A stretch of DNA of 63,634 nucleotides, the filler included, from Vannella sp. (Eukaryota): assembly GCA_023345925.1 (NCBI GenBank). It is 5 parts of 5 records of this genome, joined end to end, with 100 filler letters (N's around TTAATTAATTAA, not from the genome) between each part and the next. Parts side by side here need not be neighbours in the genome. Positions count along the whole stretch, not along the records: positions 21,701 to 31,026 come from JAJQQN010000880.1; positions 31,127 to 53,000 come from JAJQQN010000678.1; 3 more parts are not named here. One strand, written 5' to 3'. Of this stretch, positions 21,701-31,864 are shown piece after piece. Under the pieces are notes generated by a model. It saw nothing but the letters and a program-made list of their open reading frames with translations. It was not told the DNA's origin and ran no database searches. The translations under genes were made by a program, and so were the position numbers. Position 1 is the stretch's first letter; each line of letters starts with the position of its first letter.

Positions 21701-23008
21701 GCTGCAGCTTCTCCAGCAGGAACTAACTCAGCCTTCCGGAAAGAAGGCCATTCTCATTCCCTGGCAGCCCGGGGAAGGAGACAAAGCTGTGATCGCTCAA
21801 CACGCAAGTCCGTATACAGTTCCACCGCATCTAGTGGGACTGAGGGGGCTGATCAACCTTGGAAGCACCTGCTTCATGAACAGCATTCTCCAATCCTTCC
21901 TCGTGAACCCAATGCTGAGGAACTTCTTCCTCTCCGACATCCACAACCGGTTCCTCTGTCCTCGAAAGCGGACGGGAGTGTGCTTAGCGTGTGAAATGGA
22001 AGGTCTTTTCGAGGAAGCGTTTTCCGGCACGCGGGCGCCTTTCTCTCCTGCCCGGATGCTTTACTCGGTTTGGAAGCATTCGGAATATCTGGCGGGTTAT
22101 GAGCAGCAGGATGCTCATGAGTTCTTTATTTCCTTGTTGAATGGGATTCATGTCCACGGCGAGGGAGCTGGAGAGAGCTGCACGTGTATAATTCATCAAG
22201 TTTTTAGCGGTTTGCTCCGCTCTGATGTGACTTGCTCTCAATGCGAGTACCGCTCGAGTGCATTTGATCCTTTCTTTGACATTTCTATTGATATTCCCCG
22301 TGGTAAGACTCCTCTCCCTCTGCGGAAGTTCCGAGGATCTCGAATTGACTTGGATTTAGACTCGGCTTCTACCTTGCAAGAGTGCCTTTCTCGTTTTACT
22401 TCACCAGAGCGGTTAGAAAGTGGAGATAGGCATCAATGCAGCCATTGCAGAGCCTATCAAGAGCCAGTCAAGCAGCTCTCCATCCACTCTTTACCGCCTG
22501 TATTGTGTTGTCACCTTAAGGTGAGTCTCTTTTGAATGGAATTGATCGCTCTTTAACCTTCCGAAAGCGCTTTGAGCAAAAGATGTCAAAGAAGACCAAC
22601 GGATCCTCCAAGATTGATTCTCGTGTACAGTTTCCCTTGGAGTTAGATATGGAGCCTTATACCTATGCTGCTGTCCATAGGTAGGTCCATGAAAGGTCAT
22701 GGGATGGCGGAATACTGAAGCACTGTAGAACACCGGGTGAACCGGTGCAAACCGAAGAGTATGAGCTGTTCGCGGTCGTGAATCATTTGGGAGGTATCGA
22801 TAATGGGCACTACGTGTCTTACGTGCGCCATCCAAGGGCCATGTGGGTCAAATGCGATGATGCATTCATTACCAAAGCCTCATCTGAAACTGTTCTGGAG
22901 ACCCAAGGGTAAGACCACATCGCCCTCGAACACTTCGCCGGACCCACTCTCCTCAGATATCTCCTTTTTTACATTCGCAAGCACTTTGATGCCTCTGGGA
23001 GCCTATGA
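21701..23008 (+). CDS. Ubiquitin-specific protease, USP22/UBP8-like (5' truncated by gap)
   Basis: Cys box GLRGLINLGSTCFMNSILQ, LAGYEQQDAHEF, CIIHQVFSGLLRSDVTC; His box in YELFAVVNHLGGIDNGHYVSY; final exon YLLFYIRK. Confidence 0.92.
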
Positions 23009-23185
23009 AGCTCGCTTCCACCACTATAAATAAAATCAAGCCGCAAATCACCTGATTCAGTTCATTGGAGAATGATTGATTCGATTCGATGCCTTTGGCG
23101 GGAAACTAACATTTCCCCCAATCAAAATGCATTTCACCCGTACGTTGAATGCATTTCATTTCCTGATCCCTCCTGAGGCTTGGTT

Positions 23186-24159
23186 ATGTCGCAACGGCGG
23201 AGTCCCCGGGTTGCTAAAGCAGAGGTCCAGATCAAAGCGCAGCCCAAGACCAAACTCAAGGCGAAGGGCAAGAAGGCAGAGAAGTTGGACACTCCAAAGA
23301 AGGGCACTCCAAAGAAGGATACTCCAAAGAAGGCGACTCCAAAGAAGGACTCCAAAAAGGAGAAAGGTAGTTCGGGGACGAAGGAGGAAGCACGAAAGCA
23401 GAAGGAAAGTGTGCCAAAGGAAAGTGTTTCAAAGAAGGCGAAAGAAAGTGCGGGGAAGAAGGCCGAAGTGCGGAAGGTGAAGGAAAGTGTGCCCAAAGAG
23501 AAGAGCGAGGATGACTTGGACGCGCTCTTTGCCGACGACGACGACACCTTTGCAGAAATGAAGAGTTACGGGGCAGCCACCAAGAAGAAAGCCCGAGAGG
23601 CACCAAACTCTTCTTCAAAGAGCAAGCTGAAAGCTTCCTTGGAGAAGACTGCGCAGAGAGAGCGTCGAAGATCACGATTCTCGGCATCTCAAATCAGTGC
23701 CAGCGGCAGGAAACGGAGCCGCTCTTCTCAAGCCAAGGATGATGATTCAAGTGACAATCAGGTGAGGCCATTCTCTTTCTTGTTGTTCGGTCCTCATAGG
23801 TGTGGGGTTGGAACTAGTCTCCAGTGAGAAAGAAGATTCGGGAACCGCGGAGGTCGACTGAATTGGTCGAGGAAATTGACTTTTGGAAGAACCTGGATGA
23901 CCAGCCGCTCTCTGTGAAGAGGCAAGCGGCTAGTCCTGCCAAGATGGTCATGTGCCAGCCTCGAGAGTTACATTTGGAGAGCCCAGAGGCCGACAGTCCC
24001 CAGAATAGTCCCGAATGGAGTGTTGGACAGGATGATTCACTGGACTTGGCCAGAAGCCTCGAGCACTCCCCTATTGATACCACATCGCGACAAGATCCAT
24101 CCAAGATCAACTCCTCTTCTCCAGACTTGTTCGAACGCAGCGACGAAGAAGACTTCTAA
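23186..24159 (+). CDS. Lys-rich low-complexity protein with TPKK repeats, probably nuclear
   Basis: ATG at 23186; intron 23762-23817 joins the 23180 and 23824 ORFs in frame. Four 15-nt ACTCCAAAGAAGGnn units at 23291-23350. Confidence 0.7.
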
Positions 24160-24362
24160 AGAACCCTCTTCCAGTGGATCCGCCGCTAATGTAACCCAGC
24201 AGAAGAGTAATTAAAGGCCAACCAAAGCCTCCACATGGGAAGCAGACCCGCATTCGCTACAAAGGGAATTCTGTGCGGCACTCGGCACCAAGGCGCACAG
24301 AATTCTGGCTGAAAGGGAAATAGGAGGAATGATTGCTTTCATTTCATTTGGAGGTTGCCAGC

Positions 24363-25652
24363 ATGCAAGTGGGCGGCTTCTTTGCAGTGGAGCCGAAGGA
24401 GGATTGCCCTCACGTCGATCCTCTTCTGGTGTGGTTGGATGTGCCTGGGGCGAAACGGGTGGTTTCTTCTTCGTGTTGTGATTGTGAGGAGTGCGAGGAG
24501 AACTGGATGTGTTTGGGATGCGGAAGTGTGGCGTGTTCTCGGTACAAGAACGGTCACATGTCTTCTCATAATGAGTCTTACCCACTGCATGCCCTGGCCT
24601 TCTCTCTTGCTGATCTCTCTTGTTGGTGCTATCAATGCGAGTCCTACATTGTTTCTCCTTCCCTCCGCTCGCTCCATTCAGCTCTTTACGAGGCCAAGTT
24701 TGGAGAGAAGCCTCCTACTCGTGAGCGCTCGGCATCCTCCATCGTTCCATCACAGTACGAAAGGTACCCTGACCCATTGCCTGTGGACCACAATCTTCCT
24801 GAAGGCACCAGCATCCCTGAATGGGGGCATCCACAGCCAGAAAACCCTGACCCGGAGTATCTCGACACTCCCGCAGTTCTTGAAGCTAAGCTCGACGAGT
24901 TAGCACAGCTCATCAAAGGCTCTAATCGTGTGGTTTCCTTCACAGGAGCTGGAATCAGCACATCAGCCGATATTGCGGGAGCGAATTCGAAAGTGTGGAC
25001 CTTGAAAGAGCGAAGTCTTCCGGCTCCCACAAGCAAATGTTTTGCCGCAGCAAAGCCTACTTTCACTCATTTAGCCCTCAAGTCACTCTGTGACCGTCAG
25101 GGACTGTCTCACACAATCGTTTCCACGAATGTTGATGGGCTGCATCTCGAGTCAGGCGTTCCTTCGACCTCTTTGGTGGAGCTGCACGGGAATGTCTTTA
25201 AAGAAGAGTGCTTCTCTTGCCAGAAAGAGTTTATCCGCGACTTTGTTGTGACACAGTCTCGTGTGGCACTTCCAGAAGAAGAAATTCTCAACGCTTCTGG
25301 ATTCAGGAACTCTTCTCGGCTTTCGCATGCTACTGGAAGATTGTGTGATGATTGCGGGGCACCTCTTTGCGATAACATCGTTCACTTTGGCGAGAAGCTT
25401 TCTCCTTTGGTGCTGGAGAGGGCCGAACTTTGTTTCTCAGCTGACCTTTCTCTGGTCTTGGGAACGAGCATGAGACTCTCCCCGGCCAATCTCCTTCCTT
25501 CTTTGGCTTTGAAAAACGGGGGAAAGATGGTCATTATCAGCCTCCAGATGACTCCATTCGACCACTCCTGTGCCCTTCGTATCTTCGCCCCATCAGATCT
25601 CGTTCTTTCGGGCCTTCTTCAACGTCTGGGAGACATCCAGCCTCAAGAATAG
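24363..25652 (+). CDS. zf-UBP + class IV-like sirtuin
   Basis: zf-UBP (CPH...CCDC..ENWMCLGC..VACSRYKNGHM..H...WCYQCESY), then FTGAGISTS, NVDGLH, ELHGN, CxxC..CxxC, IVHFGE, LVLGTS. Confidence 0.92.
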   Translation: MQVGGFFAVEPKEDCPHVDPLLVWLDVPGAKRVVSSSCCDCEECEENWMCLGCGSVACSRYKNGHMSSHNESYPLHALAFSLADLSCWCYQCESYIVSPSLRSLHSALYEAKFGEKPPTRERSASSIVPSQYERYPDPLPVDHNLPEGTSIPEWGHPQPENPDPEYLDTPAVLEAKLDELAQLIKGSNRVVSFTGAGISTSADIAGANSKVWTLKERSLPAPTSKCFAAAKPTFTHLALKSLCDRQGLSHTIVSTNVDGLHLESGVPSTSLVELHGNVFKEECFSCQKEFIRDFVVTQSRVALPEEEILNASGFRNSSRLSHATGRLCDDCGAPLCDNIVHFGEKLSPLVLERAELCFSADLSLVLGTSMRLSPANLLPSLALKNGGKMVIISLQMTPFDHSCALRIFAPSDLVLSGLLQRLGDIQPQE

Positions 25653-25976
25653 CCTAAATGCCTTCGATTTCACTTACTTCATTGTTCGATGGAAGCAGAA
25701 AACACAATCTTACTTGCTTCTCAGTAACTCAGAGAAAGAACGGGAAAGGGTGCCAGAAGGGTATTCTGTGAAGAACTTGGAGTTGGTTTTGAGTGACATT
25801 GCATCATATTCTGGCATTCACTCTCACTCATACGCTTCATGGAAGGAACCCAAATTACACCATTTATCCATGACCGCGCTTCTTTTCTCCTGAGAGCAGA
25901 TCAAGATAAAGAGTCCTTCTTGTCTTTCTCGTCCTTCTTGTGCTTCTTGTCTTTCTCATCCTTCTTTCGAAAGCTC

Positions 25977-27080
25977 TCAAAGGAAGCGGGCACTCTTCTT
26001 TCTACTGTGGGATGAATGAGGGGGAGCGGGCTGGAGAGGAGAAAGTGTGGGAGTGAGTTGATAGGTAGGGCGGTTGAGTCCAAGTTGTTTGTACTCGTTG
26101 TCTCCGAAGACCAGCAGGGCGCCTTCCTGTGAGAATGCCAAAGAATGGAGTCCTCCCGCGACCAGGGCGCTCATTTTTTTCAATGTTGGCACCAGAGCAG
26201 GCTCCGGCGGATTCGGAGTGTTACCATTCCCCAATTGCCCACATCCACCGAATCCCCAGGACCAGACGCTGCCGTTCTCATCCAGAGAGAGAGTGTGCCC
26301 CCATCCACAGGAAGCTGCAAGCATGGGAGGGATGTTCATGATTCGCTCAAACTTCGTAACATCCCCAGAAGTGCGCCCCAGTTGGCAAAGGAGGTTTTCT
26401 CCCGCGGAGAAGACGCCTCCTTGCGAGTCGATGAGAATCACTCCATTTTCAAGGGCAGCCAGGCATCGGAGAGGTCCTTCAGAACGGCCCTCTACCTGGA
26501 GAAGGGTTGGTTGGAGAGCGCTGTTGGTGTGGCCGAGGCCCAGTTGCCCGAAGAAGTTGTTTCCTAACACCCAGAGGCCTTCTTCGGCCTCTGCCACGAG
26601 GAACTTGTATCCGCAAGCCACTTTGAGGAGTGGAGGGAGGCCTTCCACTCGTTGGGGAAGAGAACGCGCCCAAGAGAGATCTTCCTCGCGCGTCCACACC
26701 CAAAGGCCGCCTTCGGTGTCGAGGGCAGCGCTGTGAGAGTCTCCAGAAGCCACCAGAGCAATGCAAGGCAGTTCTGGAATGTGCTGAAAAGCGAGAATAG
26801 GAGAGAAGGAGCGGGAGAGACCAGCCTCCTCATCAAGGACGAGGGAGTGTTGGCCTCCCCAGTCCACCTGCACCGGCTGCGGGCCATTCCAGGGGACCTG
26901 TACTGGTTGCCTTTGATGTTTCGTATGACCAAGACCGAGTTGGCCCTCTTCATTGTATCCAAAAGCCAAAAGGTCCCCTTCGAGGGAGAGGAGGAGCGTG
27001 TGAGAGCCAAACGGCATTCCAACAATGAATGGCAAAGAAGGGGCAAGTTTGGGCTCCTTCAGGAAGGACACTTCACCCAT
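25977..27080 (-). CDS. RCC1/BLIP-II repeat protein, intronless
   Basis: Repeated GxNxxGQLGLG / VxxGxxHSxxL motifs. Confidence 0.9.
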   Translation of the reverse strand: MGEVSFLKEPKLAPSLPFIVGMPFGSHTLLLSLEGDLLAFGYNEEGQLGLGHTKHQRQPVQVPWNGPQPVQVDWGGQHSLVLDEEAGLSRSFSPILAFQHIPELPCIALVASGDSHSAALDTEGGLWVWTREEDLSWARSLPQRVEGLPPLLKVACGYKFLVAEAEEGLWVLGNNFFGQLGLGHTNSALQPTLLQVEGRSEGPLRCLAALENGVILIDSQGGVFSAGENLLCQLGRTSGDVTKFERIMNIPPMLAASCGWGHTLSLDENGSVWSWGFGGCGQLGNGNTPNPPEPALVPTLKKMSALVAGGLHSLAFSQEGALLVFGDNEYKQLGLNRPTYQLTPTLSPLQPAPPHSSHSRKKSARFL

Positions 27081-27099
27081 TCACTTGGAAGCGGGCGGG

Positions 27100-28120
27100 A
27101 TGGCGACTTATGAGGAGACTTTCTGCTTGTTGGACCCTTGCTTTGTCTATCGCATTCCCCCGCGAGCAACGACAGAAGGTTACAAGTAAGGGGGTTGGGG
27201 TCGTGTCCCAGCTTGCTAATGGACGGTGATAGGGCTGCAGACTGGAACTTAGAGGCTCCCGTGTGGCAAGGCCGCACGCGAGTCAAAGGCAACGGCGCGG
27301 ACAAGCTTACCATCCAACTAGAGGACTCTACATCGGGTACTGTCTTTGCCACTTGCCGCGTGGATCCCCACAAGATGGCGGAAACTCTGGAAGCAGTTTT
27401 AGACAGCTCTCGGTACGTCCAGCCTCCCCACCCCTCCTCCCGTCTAACCAGGGCTTCCTGGTTAGCTACTATGTGCTCCGTATCGAAGATGAGCAGACGC
27501 AGCGACACGCCTTCATCGGAATGGGCTTCCATGAGCGCGACCAATCCTTCGAGTTCAAAGCAGCTTTGCAGGACTTCCAGCGCCGTGCTGAGAACGAGAG
27601 ACGCTTAGCCACTGAGCCTCGCAAAGAGTTACCCAAGCTCAACCTCACTCTCAGGGAGGGGGAAACCATCAAGGTCGACCTGAAGACCGGAAACTTCAAT
27701 GATGATGATGTCGAGGAGGATGAGGATGATGGTGGCTCCTTCCTCCCACCCCCTCCTAGTGGAAACAAGAAGATCTCTTCGCTCTCCACCAAAGGCGCGC
27801 GGGTTCGGCCTTCCTCCTCACCAAAAGTGAGCCCCCAGACTGCCAGTGCACCTGTAAGCGCTCCTGTTGGCGCTCCTCTCGGTCTGTTGGAGTCTCTGTC
27901 AACTTCTACCCCGCTCTCGTTCACTCCACTCACCCCTGAACCCATCCATCCCTCCAGGAATCCTCCCGTTGGCTTTGGAACCGCTCAACCCGCACCCTGG
28001 GCTCAACAACGCCCCGATGGCCGCGTCCCTCTCTCCCAGATGACTCCAGGGAGCTACCAACCACCTCCAGCAAGCCCCAGCAAACCCGCAGATCCCTTTG
28101 CCTCTTTAATGCCCTTCTAA
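27100..28120 (+). CDS. NECAP: Adaptin ear-binding coat-associated protein
   Basis: MATYEETFCLLDPCFVYRIPPRATTEGY|..AADWNLEAPVWQGR..LEAVLDSSR|YYVLRIED..HAFIGMGFHER..FEFKAALQD; two introns. Confidence 0.95.
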
Positions 28121-28273
28121 ACCGGCAATCCCCCCTCAGACCCCTCCAACCCCTTCCAAACGGGCCAAAAGTGAAAGAATCTTCTTTTAGTAGCCAAATA
28201 GGATTGATTGAGTGCGATTTGGTCGCTTCCGGACAAAGCAACACGAAACGCCATTCTTGGAGGGCTTTGGGTC

Positions 28274-29593
28274 ATGAGCGGGCTCTTTGTGGACGCTGAG
28301 AAGGAGTTGGTGGAGCAGTACATGGTAACTTGTCGTAGTTTGAAGGTGGTACCGGATGCGGGCTTGTTGGCGGCGTTGGCAACGAAAGCGAACCATTTCA
28401 AGTCGTCCGTGGGCTACTCGGAAGGACATGTCGTGGCGCTGGTGGAGTTGCTCCTTGCTGCTCACGACCGATCAATCCGTCTACCATTTCGCAAGCTACA
28501 GTTCCAGCAAGGGACCATCGGATCCAACGGAGTTCTTCTTTTAGCGCGCTTCCTTCAAGCGGACAAGAATATCTCTCATCTGAGCTTAGCTAACAGCCAC
28601 GTGGGTCCTCGAGGGGTGGAAGCTCTGTCAGAGGTCCTCAAGAGTGGACAGAATACGACTCTGCGGCACTTGGACCTCCATGGGAACCGAATGTTCCATC
28701 GAGGTGCTGTTGCCTTGGCCGACGCCCTTTCCTCTCCCAAGCATGGGCTCATTCACCTGAAAGCCTCCAACAATCACATTGGCTTTGCTGGTGTCACTCT
28801 GTTAGAGGAAGCTGCCGTACAACTCAACAAGCAACGAAACGCAAAGTCCGTCAAGCCAGTGACTTTGGAGAGCGTTAACCCGTTTACTGCGGACACGGTC
28901 GCCAATTTCGTATTTGAGGAGACTTGGAATGGTATCAGCCATGGCGTGGGCTTCATTGGTGCCGTTTTGGCTACTTTGTTGACTTACTATCGATGTTGGT
29001 CTTTGGACGTGAGCGAGACCAAGTTCTGGGCGGCAACTGTTTATTGCCTCTCCTTGATGACTCTTTACGCTTGCTCTTGCCTGTACCATTCCTTCTTCAA
29101 GCTAGGCTTGGCAAAAGATATCTTCCGGCGATTGGACCACGCCGCCATCTTCCTGGTGATTGCAGGTTCGTACACGCCTGTGATTTGGGGCGGCCCTTTT
29201 GATGGCTTCTATGGACGAATTCTCCTGGGCGTGGTTTGGGCCATTGCGGCGTTGGGTATGATCCTTTGCTGCTTCTTCTTTGACCGCTTCCCCATTTTGG
29301 AGTTGTGCATGTATCTCCTTCAAGGCTGGGTGGCTGCAGCTATCATACCCGTGGCTTATGAGCATTGGGAAGAACTAACCAGCGGTGAAGTTTTCCACGT
29401 GAACGGCATTTTGTGGTTCGTTGCGGGCGGATTGGTCTTTTCTGTGGGAGTCATTTACTTCCTCAAAGGCAGCCGCATTCCTATCTATCATGCTGTTTGG
29501 CATGGATTTGTCGTTGTGGGATCCCTCTGTCATTGGATTGGCTTCTTCTTCTACGTTTTGCCAACCCCCTCTCCTACTGTTCCTTATTGGTAA
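28274..29593 (+). CDS. RNI-like LRR fused to hemolysin III/PAQR 7-TM domain
   Basis: LRRs LSLANSHVGPRGVEAL and LDLHGNRMFHRGAVALA, then EETWNGISHG, SCLYHS, RRLDHAAIFLVIAGSYTP, HAVWHGFV in one ORF. Confidence 0.9.
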   Translation: MSGLFVDAEKELVEQYMVTCRSLKVVPDAGLLAALATKANHFKSSVGYSEGHVVALVELLLAAHDRSIRLPFRKLQFQQGTIGSNGVLLLARFLQADKNISHLSLANSHVGPRGVEALSEVLKSGQNTTLRHLDLHGNRMFHRGAVALADALSSPKHGLIHLKASNNHIGFAGVTLLEEAAVQLNKQRNAKSVKPVTLESVNPFTADTVANFVFEETWNGISHGVGFIGAVLATLLTYYRCWSLDVSETKFWAATVYCLSLMTLYACSCLYHSFFKLGLAKDIFRRLDHAAIFLVIAGSYTPVIWGGPFDGFYGRILLGVVWAIAALGMILCCFFFDRFPILELCMYLLQGWVAAAIIPVAYEHWEELTSGEVFHVNGILWFVAGGLVFSVGVIYFLKGSRIPIYHAVWHGFVVVGSLCHWIGFFFYVLPTPSPTVPYW

Positions 29594-29744
29594 ACGTCCC
29601 GTTGGCTAGTGACCTATCAGAGCTCAGCTTCTACCCCTTTGCTCAATAATAATCCATTCAAACAGACGCGTCTCCTTTGCTCTTCTCTCTTCTAGGCCTG
29701 AAAACCGATGGCCGCCTTTTGGTAGTATTAGATCCGTCAAAACG

Positions 29745-30864
29745 TTATTGATTGGCAGCCAAAAAGGCATCTGGGTCAAACACCCAAGAGCCACCAAAGT
29801 CTTTGGGAAGGTTTTGGGGTTCGATGGCCTCGCTGAGTTGCTGGAGGTTGACAAAATTGACTTTCTTCTGCGAGACTGGATCGATCCAACCTTTGAGCAT
29901 GGCCCAGCAACCAGAGAATAACCAAGGCGAGTTCACCACATAAGCCACTCCCAAAGTGTCCGGATAGTAGTTCTGAAGCATGTGGATCATAAACTTCATG
30001 AATTGGTAATCCATGTTGCCCAATCCAAAGCCGGCCAAGTCAAACACAATGCACATTCGCGAGACTCCCACATCTGCCAGTCGGAAGAGCTGTTCCAGAT
30101 GCCACACGCACGACTTTTGGACTTCTTCGAGAGCGCGAGTGGAGTTGTTGTGAAGCCGAGCGATCACGTACACGATAGGTCGTCCATGCTTGTCTACTCC
30201 ATGATAGAAGGCCTTCCCACTGTGCTGTGTGAGGATCTGGAGATCTTGGAAAGCAAGAGATCTTACGTGCGAATCTCATTCACTGCGTCGATGGCTTTGA
30301 TGTGAGGGACCCCAACTCCCAGGAAGATGCGGCGCCACATGATAGCGTTAATCATCAACTCCCCAGCTTGAACAAGATCCCATCGCCTGGAAGAGAGTTA
30401 GCTGAGGGTGTGAACCCCCATCAAATGAGCTCACCTTGCCCGGAGGAAGCGTACGCGATTGATAGGGCAATCGATCCACTCCTGTGCTTCTGCTTCTTCA
30501 GATGAAATCCACTTCCAGGGTCTCTGCTCCCCGTTGGAAGGGTCTTTTCCTCCATCTGAGGCGCCACAAACTTCTTCCTTTGAGGGGAGACCCTCGCAAG
30601 AAGACACCTGATCCTTCAAATGCTGGGTCATGGCCTCGTGGAATTCAACTAAGAGAGGTTGCTGCCAGATCGCCATTAGCCCCGCAAACCCAACTCTGAA
30701 AGCACTGCTCTTACCCGCGCCTCGCTCACAGGGCGATACTCATCCGAAGCAGTATCTTTCGGAACAGCAAACACATGGCTGACTACGCGAGCGCTCGCCT
30801 CTCTCTGTGGAACCTCAGTTGAGCCCGCCACCTCAGCCCCAATCGCTCCGTCTCCGCCTTCCAT
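29745..30864 (-). CDS. CRAL-TRIO (Sec14-like) lipid-binding protein; multi-exon
   Basis: RFLRAR, DKHGRPIVYVIARLH, IVFDLAGFGLGNMD, LQNYYPDTLG..VNSPWLF, LPKDFGG. 5' exons inferred. Confidence 0.9.
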
Positions 30865-31026
30865 CCGAAACTGCCCAAGATAAACTGATCATAAATTTTG
30901 GTCCTCAAATCTTTATGAGGTATTAATCTTTATGTTCAACTGGAATTAACCGATGTCCAGAATTCCTGGCCAATCATTCGTCACGTACCATTCTGTGAAT
31001 CCTCCGCGGTTCAGCGAATTATGTTC

Positions 31027-31126
31027 NNNNNNNNNNNNNNNNNNNNNNNNNNNNNNNNNNNNNNNNNNNNTTAATTAATTAANNNNNNNNNNNNNNNNNN
31101 NNNNNNNNNNNNNNNNNNNNNNNNNN
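31027..31126. other. Artificial contig spacer
   Basis: N run with central TTAATTAATTAA. Confidence 0.98.
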
Positions 31127-31143
31127 GTGTTTGGATGGTCCAA

Positions 31144-31385
31144 TTAGACTTCTGGGTTGGCTTGAGAGTCCTCTTTTAAAAGAGACTTCAATTTGGAACG
31201 CAGTTTGGAGGCGGTTGGGCGGTTCAGAGGGTTACAGGACGTGCATCTCTGAAAGAGAGCCACCAATGGCTGATATTGAGCAGACTGAGCGTGAGGAGGC
31301 AGCTCAGGAGAGATGCCATTTCTCATACCAGCTGTTATGTTGGATCCTTTGTGTCCCAGTCCATCAGAAGCAGAGAAAGAATGTC
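31144..31385 (-). pseudogene. Protein kinase C-terminal fragment (subdomains X-XI only)
   Basis: GISPELP...LVALFQRCTSCNPLNRPTASKL fits the kinase subdomain XI pattern; no HRD/DFG-bearing exons seen upstream. Confidence 0.5.
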
Positions 31386-31864
31386 TATGCAAAGGAAGCG
31401 GTGAGGGCGTTGCCCCCACCTGCCACTCGGAGACCGATTTTCCACAAAAAAAAATCTCTGTCCCTCCTTCCTTTGGATTTGGAAGAATCAGATGAAGGCA
31501 CCATTGCCTGCCAAAGAGCAACATTCAATAGTTGTTACCCTGATTTCATCAGCACACTAAAAGGAGGGAACAGGGGAATAAATCAGTCACTCACCTTTGA
31601 GGAGCATCCCCATTGCGAGAAGAAGTTCTTCTCCTCTCTTGTTCCTCTTCCCATTCCCGAAAGACACATCCAAGGGAAGTGTTGATGCTCGGCCACTTAC
31701 CCACTAAAAGCAACTAAGATATCAAAGGTGAAGAACTGAAGGTCCCACCGCAGAGCAGTGCGGCCCAAAGCAATTGGATCTCCCGCAAAGAAAGGTCCAA
31801 TACGACTAATAGCGCAGCGCATTGCTGCTCTGTTTGAGTTTTGTTGTTGAGAACAATCTGATTC

